Of a DNA stretch of 64,000 nucleotides, positions 54,438 through 64,000 are shown in pieces (position 1 is the first letter of the stretch; each line of letters begins with the position of its first letter). The stretch comes from Lytechinus pictus (lineage: Eukaryota): NCBI RefSeq assembly GCF_037042905.1, contig NC_087251.1, positions 23,872,001 to 23,936,000 on the forward strand. Reading direction: 5' to 3'. A program made the position numbers and the translations under genes. Under the pieces are notes generated by a model. It was given only the letters and a program-made list of their open reading frames with translations. It searched no databases and had not been told where the DNA came from.

Positions 54438-54627
54438 TGTGATCTCCCGTTTCTTCTACTACTGGTTTTGTGAATTTGGTTTTTATTGGTCCGCCTGGAA
54501 CAGCGCAGATGTGAAGGATGTGTGAAATTATGCGCCTGTGAAGACATAAACCTGTCTGGGGGTTGCTTTTGTATTCTATATGGATGCCTCTGGCACTCGG
54601 CACAGGTGAATCTCACCGACAGTAGTT
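54438..54627 (-). other. EIF5: eIF5 5' leader portion of the first coding exon
   Basis: TTTTACAG acceptor at 54629-54628; contains a poor-context uAUG at 54547. Confidence 0.85.
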
Positions 54628-56097
54628 CTGTAAAACAAATACGTGTAAAGGGTATATAGAGTCAGACGAGATTTTACACATACAATCACGCTTGCAATTA
54701 TTGCAATAAATACAAGTTTAGACCCCTTAAAACTTTATGAAACTGATTATGTAGGGTTTGGGCATATTTCCTAACATGGCATATTAATATAGTTAGCTAT
54801 GCATTAACATCCTATTATAACATTGCATGTGTGAACTACTAGTATATTGTTTTTAAAAATATCTTATTGTGGAACTAATTAAGTATTCCAGGATATCAGT
54901 GAGGATCATGTACTTCCTGTCTTCCTCCCTTCTACACTCAATGTGACCACACATTTTAATGTGATGCCACACATGTCTGCTACATAACCAACATTTGGTG
55001 CTTGCTTTCCAAAAACTGCACAAAGGGTGACTGACAATATCCATGCATAACCAAAAGTTTCATTGGCTGAAATGCAGCAAACATAAAGTCTTAGTTTATA
55101 ATTTTCAATATTTTTGGAAAGTTTGGTATAATGGCAGATCCGACGGGGTGGATGGGCCAGCCTACCATACCCGATGGAGGGGAAAAAATGACAATTTTGA
55201 GACAAGACAATACCACAATAAAAGTGTTTTTTTTATTAAGTTCTGATTGAAGTAATGCAATTTTTGAAGTGGTTCCCCTTGTGACCCCCCCCCCCCCCTC
55301 CCCTGAAGTCAATCCTGGATCTGGCATTGTAATAGGAAAGGCCGAGTTGGACAATTTTACTCTACTACATTATATTCAATTTCTTTCTGGTAATACTATC
55401 CAAAACATCCTGCATAAATCTGTTGAACCATTGCCATATGGTTGGTTACATCCACCATATGTCCAATATATTACAGGGAGACATTGTAAGAGATTAACAG
55501 CTTCACAAAGCATTTTATATTCAAACACATGCATTTTTTTAATTTCTCACTTTCTGACATAAATAAATATGCACTTTAAAATCAATCTGTACCCCTTCAT
55601 GATTTCATAAATCTATATTTATTTTCATCTACTTTCACCAATACATCAGGCAGAAGCTGGTTCTATTTCCAATAAATCAGGCCAAGATCTGCTTAAAATT
55701 TATTGCAAACCACAGACATCTGAATCCGGGCTGGGGTAGCCTTGAGGTGTTTAGACTCTTTGGAGAGTACAAATCATGCTAGTGAGAGACAAATCTCCAC
55801 AACGCCTGACAACTTATCACTGTCAATCACCACACACATACAAAGCCTGGAAAATCACTTTCTTGCTGGCCAAGAGATGCATGCAATGATGCAGGTGCAA
55901 ATTACAAGACAATCCAAAAAAAAAAATTATTTCAATTATCTTGTAAATGCAATAGCCAGTCTAACCAAATGCATGTTTTAAACAGCAATTTCTTTCCTTG
56001 CCATTCTTTAAAACTAAGGACATGAGTTTCTCACAGAAAAGTTATAATTTATTATGAACATTTGAAATGGTCATATTGAATGTTCACAAGGCTGATG

Positions 56098-56329
56098 GTA
56101 GTATGGGTGGTTGGGTGTCAAGACAATGTAAAATTTTGAAGCCTTCATTATTGTCTTTGGATTACACTAAAATCATGAATTCCATAGTTGCAATAATCGT
56201 CTAATTTGTTCTTTATATTGCCTAACATTTTGTACTAAATATTTATGAAATTTAGCTTGCTAATTTCTTCAAATGGCTGTTAAAAATTGATTGTCTGGAC
56301 ACACAACCTGTGCAGACAACTGGGTATAC
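56098..56329. mobile_element. Family E element (diverged copy)
   Basis: Aligns by eye with 34536-34791. Confidence 0.7.
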
Positions 56330-56538
56330 CATTACCTGGTAGGAAATTGATTTTACAGACCTTTTACATTGTGATCTCTGGCTCTGTGTGACTAAATATA
56401 TGATGCAAAGTGCACTCTGATTAGAAAATGATTTTAATAGGGGCAATATTAAAAGGCCTGGAGTAACTTCAGTTTGAGCAAGGCCACTAGCAATCTCACT
56501 TAACTTGTATTTCCTACATGTAGTAGCAATCTAACATA

Positions 56539-57576
56539 TGAAGGTGAGCCCAATGACTGTGCACCTATTTAACTTAAGATTTAACATAAATTTCTTTTTA
56601 TTTCACAAGAATTTTTAGTTGATAATGTTAATCCTAACATTAAAGTCCACCCCAACAAAAAGTTTATATGAATAAAAAGAGAAAAATCCAACAAGCATAA
56701 CAATGAAAATGTCATCAAAATCAGATGTAAAATAAGAAAGTTATGACATTTCAAAGTTTTGCTTAATTTAACCAAACAGTTAAATGCATATCCTGGTGGG
56801 TATGCAAATGAGACCGATGATGTCATCCACTCACTATTTCTTTTGTATTTTATTATATGAAATAGGGAATATTCTATTTTTCTCCTTATCATCAATGAAA
56901 CAACGATTAATTCTTCTCTGAACAAGTGGAATGAGCATTGTTTTATACTATATGATTTAGTCAAGTTTGTCCTTATTGTCCAATCTATAAAAAATTAAAT
57001 ATTGTATAATTCAAACAATAAAAACAAACGAAATAGTGAGTGACATCATTGACTGTCTCATTTGAGTTGTGCATATCACTGTTTTGTGAAAAATAAGTTA
57101 AACTTTAAAATGTCATAACTTTCTTATTTTACATCCGATTTTGATGAAATTTTCAGTGTTTTGCTAGTTTGATTTTTCTCTATTTATTCAAATTAACATT
57201 TTTCTGGGGTGGACTTGACCTTTAATAAGTGAGCCAAAAATTTCATTAAAAAATTGAAATATACAATTTTCTTGGAAAAAACCCCGGCTAGTCATTTTCA
57301 GATCAAACAAAAAAATGGTGTCCCATGGCTGCGCACTGATTCACTTTACACATAAATCAGGGATTTTGAGGAGAAAGGATGCATTTAGAGGCTGTCACAT
57401 GAAATGCCTAAAATTCCTTATTTTTCCACTTTTTTTATTCAGATTTTTTAATGAATACCTTTCTATGTATTGCATCGGTAAAATTGTGGTCTGTTGCATA
57501 TCTTCTTTTACTAGAATTGCACAAATATGTGTGTGCGCAGACAAGGGGGACTGCGCAGACTTGGGGGACCATACCA
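56539..57576. mobile_element. Family D MITE containing a nested Kolobok family A copy (56644-57221)
   Basis: Family D sequence is interrupted at TTAA (56640-56643 / 57222-57225) and resumes afterwards. Confidence 0.8.
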
Positions 57577-58140
57577 TAACTTGTATTTTAATTCACTCTC
57601 CAAATACTCCACTCTCCAGCAATGTCTGGAACTTGATCGAGACTCCAGGCTACATGTAATCTAAAAGGTCATGTCCACCCAAGAAAAATCTTGATTTGAA
57701 TCAAGAGAAAAATCAAACAAGCAAAATGCTGAAAATTAATCAAAATTTTGCAGCATTTTTGCTTGATTTTTCTGTTAAAATTTTGCTTATTTTTCACAAA
57801 AAAGTCTTTTTTATTTTATTAGGCCAGGTAAATACAATATTTCAATTTTTACAGATTTAAAAATAAGGAACAACTTCACTGTTCACCACAAAGTGTTATT
57901 AGGCCTATGTTCAGAGAGGAATAAAACTTTCAACAATCTGAATGAGGACCAAAATAGACCTAGGGCTAGGCCTATATTAGACCGATAAATAGGTCTATTT
58001 CTGTCAGGGATATGCTCCGCTGATCTTTTAGAAGGAAAGTAGAAATCTCGGGGGCGAAAGTTTCAGGTTTTTTGGTGGTACATGCAGATGAATGGGATGG
58101 AATCCCTGGCTCCGTGGAGAGTAAGCATACATGTACGTTA

Positions 58141-58798
58141 GTATACCCAGTTGTTGTGTGTCTGGACAGGTTGTGTGTCCGGACGATCAATTTAGAAAGT
58201 CATCATCAATTTTTATTACAAAATGTTAGGAAATATTATAGAGAACAAAATAGAAGATGATTACAACTATCGAATTCATATTTTTAGTATGGTAGTGGAT
58301 CGTATTACCGAACACTTTTCATGAGTTCAATCATATCAAACACATTATTCTCATCAAATTCATCAAACTTTCACCATAAATACACAATTAGGCTACCTAC
58401 AAAATATAAATGTGAAAAAATTTTGCCGAAATCGTTTTTCTGTTTTACGATATTAGCTTCCAATCGAACCCCTCTTCTCATGTGAAATATTTTAGTCACT
58501 TGAAAAAGGTATCGTATTACCGAACGTGTGTTTTCTATGGGAAAAATTGAGATTTTTTTTTACCATATCTTATTATTTTTTAAGACTTTGAAAATGTGTT
58601 TTTGACCATTTTTCATCATCTTTCTATTCAGTTTCTCTTTGAAAGAAAGTTGCAAAGTTTTAAACGTATGTAATTATTTTCTGACGTGTATGATGCGCGC
58701 GTTCGGTAATACAATCACTCACTATACTTACAATCCAAAGACAAAAAAGAAGGCCTCAAAAATATAAACTGTCTGGACACCCGACCCCCCCATCCTAC
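58141..58798. mobile_element. Family E element containing a nested family C MITE (58290-58724)
   Basis: GTATACCCAG...CATCCTAC ends; TA-flanked insert. Confidence 0.8.
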
Positions 58799-59061
58799 AT
58801 GATTTTTACTCGCCTCCTGACTAATCCGTCGCCTCATTTGCATACCGACCAGGATGTAAAATAGGCCCTAACTATTTTGTGAAATTAGGAAAAACTTTTA
58901 AAATGGCAAAATGTCTCAATTCTCAATTGTTTGATTTCTCTCTTCCAAATCCAATCCAAGTTTCAATTCTTCATGACTGTCTTTTTATTTTAATTTCAAA
59001 CATGTCAAATCAACTTTTTGTTGGATTGGAACTTTCCTTTGACTAAAGTTATGATACTTAC

Positions 59062-59266
59062 TGTTTATATTGCAAAAAGACATAAACACGACGAGGTGTG
59101 GAAGGTTTAGAAAGAAAACTTGGCAAGACCAGATGGCTTAATTTCAGCTGAAACGAAAAGGCTACACAAAAACGCAGCACCTCTGCTGCTGCCCAAGGCA
59201 ATGGAACTCGTGTTGATCCGCGAAGAACAATCGACAGACGTTTGCTTGTAAAGTGGAAATCTCAAC
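59062..59266 (-). other. EIF5: eIF5 5' leader exon 2 (predicted)
   Basis: TTACAG acceptor at 59268-59267, GTAAGT donor at 59061; carries a GTTTATGTCTT uAUG in frame with the next exon's uAUG. Confidence 0.8.
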
Positions 59267-59378
59267 CTGTAACGAATAAAAAATTAATGAAATACAGTAT
59301 TCGATTGTAGAAAATTAATGAGCATGAAATACTTCAAATCATACTGCGAATAAATGATACTCAAAATGGATTTCTTAC

Positions 59379-59440
59379 CACTCATTCCAAGAGAGCAGTA
59401 AAAATTTACGCCAACAAACGCCGCACGAATAGAAAATACA
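59379..59440 (-). other. EIF5: eIF5 5' leader exon 1 (predicted; TSS approximate)
   Basis: G|GTAAGA donor at 59378, 112-nt intron to the acceptor at 59267, CpG-rich promoter-like sequence at 59400-59560. Confidence 0.55.
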
Positions 59441-59700
59441 TGCGTGGAACAATCTAGGCAATATTATAGAGTGCGTGCATTTGCGCAATATCTTTGGCAA
59501 GTGCGTGTGGGAATAAGAGCTCAATCGACCACGCACTACAACAGTTGCGTCATAAGGCTTAGTCTTAAACCACAGACCTTTCATTCAACCTCGGCAAGAT
59601 ATTTTGTAGATAATTTAGAGAGGTGGTATATGAGACGTGGGGGGGGGGGGGGGCAGGCGCGTAGCCAGGGGCGGTGGGGGCGGTCACCCCCCAAAAAAAA

Positions 59701-60036
59701 TACAGAACAGAGTTTAATATCGTTCATACTTTTGCATATAGCATGGCACGAATTTAATTCCTCCCCCTTTGAGAAGATACTTTGCCAAAAATTACTTGCT
59801 GAAAAGCGGAAGAAATATCATTTGGGGACCCAGGGAGTGACGGTAATGTTTACCCGCTCCGAACAGAAGAGCCAAAATTTTGTGTCAATGCAATATAATA
59901 TATATATATGCAAGTAATATATATATATATCATTCACTTGATAAAGACGGTATGTACTCGTCGAAAATTTATGGACTTCAATCAATTTTGTTGGATTAAA
60001 GCGTGAAAGTTTCAACCTTGTTTCTCTTTCTCTCTC

Positions 60037-60104
<68 letters not shown>

Positions 60105-60270
60105 GGGGAATCTTGGTTTTCCACGTATTGGCAATTTAATAAGACATCAGAAATGCGAAGCAAATGATATTCACGAGGTGAATGCTAGTTTGCAATGCCA
60201 ACAAGTTCTTCCCCGAATCTTCCCCGAAGAAGGTAGATGACTACCGAGAATTTGGAAAGTGAATAAAGCT

Positions 60271-60303
<33 letters not shown>

Positions 60304-60495
60304 TGCATTGACACAAAATTTTGGCTCTTCTGTTCGGAGCGGGTAAACATTACCGTCACTCCCTGGTTCCCCAAATGATATTTCTTCCGCTTTTCAGCAA
60401 GTAATTTTTGGCAAAGTATCTTCTCAAAAGGGGAGGAATTAAATTCGTGCCATGCTATATGCAAAAGTATGAACGATGTTAAACTCTGTTCTGTA
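59701..60495. repeat. ~200-bp near-identical inverted repeat with a (CT)n(TA)n-containing spacer, upstream of the eIF5 promoter
   Basis: 59701-~59905 vs ~60290-60495; lies inside a possible larger element with CAGGCGCGTAGCCAGG (59654) / CCTGGCTACGCGGTTG (61177) ends. Confidence 0.9.
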
Positions 60496-60599
60496 TCGCT
60501 GCACATCCATCTCCTGTCTTGTTTTGCGCCATTGATTTGAAAATTTGAATATTACTGAACTTTCTTATTCAAACAAAAGGAGGCGCTCGATATGAGCGA

Positions 60600-62650
60600 A
60601 TTTTTTTTCCAAAATAAATCACAAAGGTTTCCGTGCTTCGCAAGCAGGATAAAGCTTACATAATCTAAGAAATATCAAAATTAGAACAGATTAAAGTTTC
60701 AGATAAATTTTTAAAAATCAGAGCTTCAACACCATTCGCGGAGAGGAATAGGGCCTATTTACTTTTGTAAGGCCGTCTGATACTCTGTTTTGACGAAATT
60801 GAATGTGGATAAACTTTTTTCACTCAAATCTGATGTGACCAAGGTAAACATAATTGTATGATTTCTGTTCTCTATTTTTATAAAATCTTTTCCCATTTTT
60901 GGGGCGCTCATTATTTCTTTCGAAAACATTTTTTTTTTTTAGCAAGTCAATATTCGAGTTGATAAGGGTACTATAGACGCAAGAGACGCCTCCTTTTGAT
61001 TTGAATTTGATGATATATCAAAAACTTCGCGCTCCGCGCGGGAGGGGGAAAAATCCCCCCTCTCTGCACCCTCCCCCCTAGGTAGGGAGCGCGCTCTGTA
61101 AGTGTTGGTTGGCACCATTGGCACGCTTTGCGTGCACTTACCGCCCCCTCCAGAATTAAATCCTGGCTACGCGGTTGGGTGGGCGGTCATTCCCGGCCCC
61201 AAAACGTCCCCTTAAAGAAAAAAAAAGGAGAAAAGAGAGAAAAAGCAAAAGGGAAGGGTATTGCTTTACATTGTTTTCCTCCTTATATTTTCAAAAGAAT
61301 AAACACCTAAACGAAACGTTCTTCTATATACTCTCTTCACTTTGGCAATGCGCTTTCCCACACCATTTTTCTTCTTCGTTTTTCCCCTCCCGGCTATCGG
61401 AACTCGTGTATTTCTTTCCAGAAATTATAGAATATACATTGTTGTAAAGTAAGAAAAGCAGTATTTTAATTGCATTGTCAGAAAATGTCCGGTTTTCTGG
61501 TCGAAGCTGGTAAATACTATACCGCCACTCCCTGAGTCCCCATATGTTTTTTCCCACTTTTTAGCAAGCAATTTTGGGCAAGTATCTGCTCAAAAGGGGC
61601 AATCCCTGCCCGTGCTATACAAAAGTATATATAACTTCATTCCATATCCGTCTCATGTCTTATTTTGAGCCTGAATGAATGAAAGAAAGTTATGTAAAAT
61701 ACTAACAGGCGCAAGCATAACCCTTGGGCATAGAGCCTGGAGTGAATGATAGAAAGTTATGTACAATACGGGTCAGCCTGTATTGTATGCCTGCACCAGG
61801 CAACAATTTTCGGTTTGGTTTTTAGGGTGTGTCCTGAACAGGACCATAAATACATGTATGTATTGAGAGAGTAGACAACATGTACTATGCTCAGCAACCT
61901 GGCAGTTTATCTTCATGCTCTTCCACCTTGTACATGTAGTTGTATGTAAACTCGGTTTTTTTTGGTGAAGTCTGAAGACTATTGGAGTTAAAAGCTGAAT
62001 AAAGTGATTATAAAGTGATTTTCTGATCTCTATACCTGCGTCATTATTTTGTACCCCGTATGTTTCAGTTTTTTTTTTTACAAATCACAAAGGTTTCCAT
62101 GCTTCACGTGTATTTGGGAATGGAAAGATCCCTCTCCGTGAGAGCATCATCCCTTTCCCATTTTGTGCTCTTAATACGAAAAGTGAAATTAAGAAATAAA
62201 ATTAGAGCAGGATAAGGTTTCAGACAAAAACTATTGGTGGGAAGGAATATCTTCTCTTTGCATACCTATTGATCTACCCAGTTTTGCGATGATTAATAAG
62301 GCTAGATTTGTGGCTCTCACATCTTATCTGACCAAGATAAGCATTTTATACCACTCAATGAATGCCCTTTTTCTGTTCTCAAAGATTATATAAGACGTCA
62401 TAGCTTCCGCGCTTCGCATGGGAAGAGAAATCATGTCAAATTCCCCAAATCTTTTCCCATTTTGGGCACTCATAATTTTTTTTCAAAAAAAAGTTTTATT
62501 TAATCACAGCAAGTCAATGAATTCGAGCTGATGAGGGTCCTGGAGACGCGATAGATGTCTTCTTTTGAATTGAATTTGATGAGACATCGAAAATTTCGCG
62601 CTTCGCATGGGCCGGGGGGAAAAGTCCCCCATCCCTGCACCCTCCCCCCC
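60600..62650. repeat. Diverged direct duplication of transposon-derived sequence
   Basis: ~60600-61100 resembles ~62080-62650 (AAATCACAAAGGTTTCC, AAATCTTTTCCCATTTT, AGCAAGTCAAT, TTGAATTTGATG motifs). Confidence 0.6.
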
Positions 62651-63869
62651 CCCCTTCTTCTGTTACTGTTTGCTACAGCAGAGAAAACAAACCACAACAA
62701 GCCCCAAATCATACAGAAGACTGGGTTTGGGGTCTGAATCCCGAAACCTAAAAAAAGTGCAGGAAAGTTAAAAAATATAAATAAAAGATATGCTTTGTTA
62801 GAAAGAAAATTTTCAGATTTTCTTTTGATATAAATCTTATAGAAGCAAATATACTACATCATTAATTTTCAACTCTATATCTTCGGCCACTAACCCCGTA
62901 CAAGAGAAAAATATTTGTCGTGCATAGAATGGTCCATTCCTGCGCACGAGTCATTTTATTAAGTAAAACTTGTGTATTTAGGAATTATGAAACCAGATGG
63001 AAAAAAATCAGAGGCGCAATGAGCAAAAAATTTAAAGGGCAGAATAATGGCGTATCAGGCAAAATTTATAAAATTTTTATTACAAAAATTTGATTTGTGA
63101 TAGAGGCTTTGACATAAAACTATGCAGAAAATTAATAATAATATAATATTTTACCCTTCTCTCTCTCTCCTTTTCTCTTTTTTTTTCTTGGTCGTGAACA
63201 TTTTTGTGGCAAGCGCCTCCCACCCCCGTCCACCATCCGATACGGCTACTGGAAAAAAAAATAGAGAAAATATACATCTCATCTAGTCTTGTGTAAACCC
63301 CCATATTGTTGATCAGTCTCAATCAGGGTCTGTGCCTGCAGACTAAAAAAAGGAGGGGGGAAAGGATGGGGCTATTATGGTGGCGTTACGGCCATGCCCG
63401 GTTATGGCTACGGACAGGAGCGCCACGCTTTTTTTTCCTTTTTTTTTTCAATGCCTGCACACTTTTTTTTTATCACAGCCGCAGATGAACATCATCATCT
63501 TTTCAAAAATATATGTTTCATGATGACTAGAGAGTATTTTACTTGTAAAAAGGGTCTGATATAATGAATATGAATGCACAAATAAAATCACCTTCACTTT
63601 TTTTTTTTAAGAAAATGGTATTTTATGGAATATATTGCATAACATATTTATGGGAAAGCTGCCAAATCTTCACTAATGCATTTCTTTATTTTTTCTTCTT
63701 TCATGAAAAACTTAACATAGGGTTGAACTTTCCCTTTCAAATTTCGATTCTGAGAAAACGTGTTTAGACCCCGAGGAAAAGAGGAGGAAGCCATACAAGG
63801 TGGGTAGAAACGGAAGAAAGATCAGAGATCTGCATGATTTGTGAACACTGTAATATTAATATAATTCAA

Positions 63870-64000
63870 TAACAAGTGGAGCGAGCGCCTCTGGCAGTCT
63901 CACCTGCATTACGCGATTCAATATATAGAAGCAGTGCTGACTTTGAAAACTAATATAAAATAATTATTCACAAAAACACCGTTCATAATTATGATACAAA
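63870..64000. mobile_element. 5' end of a second Helentron-associated/DINE-like element (truncated by the window edge)
   Basis: Matches 47020-47140. Confidence 0.85.

Larger units (their letters stand above)
54371..59083 (-). promoter_or_regulatory. Spliced inhibitory uORF of eIF5, join(59083..59062, 54627..54371), 92 aa, overlapping the main ORF out of frame
   Basis: ATG at 59083 and in-frame ATG at 54547, both TTT-ATG-T; no stop until TAG at 54373-54371, 67 nt into the eIF5 CDS. Confidence 0.85.

Noticed and set aside
54960..55090. Intronic H/ACA snoRNA (human EIF5 hosts SNORA28)
   Set aside because: A minus-strand hairpin followed by ACA is present, but I could not find an H box, a two-hairpin layout or guide similarity; needs an Infernal/snoReport scan
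59444..60506. Two ORFs sharing the peptide TEQSL...EFNSSPFEKILCQKLL
   Set aside because: By-product of the inverted repeat, not a gene pair

Overview
AT-rich eukaryotic genomic DNA, almost certainly from a sea urchin: the kinesin light chain exons closely match the Strongylocentrotus KLC protein as I recall it. Two spliced genes lie in tandem on the minus strand. (1) A complete eIF5 gene has 9 coding exons at 54437->45063 (422 aa) plus two predicted upstream exons near 59.06-59.44 kb. (2) The 5' part of kinesin light chain has coding exons at 14982-14716 and 1163-933 and continues beyond the left edge. Between them, a young 5'-truncated CR1-group LINE (37575-41557) sits inside a 37-bp minisatellite. 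Introns are packed with non-autonomous DNA transposons whose ends and target-site duplications (TSDs) can be read directly (hAT-, Harbinger-, Kolobok-, Tc1/mariner-, P-, Mutator-, Crypton- and Helentron-like), plus two SINEs. Highlights: the spliced eIF5 leader carries two poor-context UUU-AUG-U start codons in one 92-codon uORF that spans an intron and overlaps the main ORF (start-codon-stringency autoregulation), preceded by a predicted 3-codon uORF (ATF4-like layout). Other highlights are a SINE with a 7SL-like head and Deu-like body, eIF5-KLC linkage shared with human 14q32, and the same MITE families clustering just downstream of both predicted promoters. All calls were read by eye; no database searches were run.
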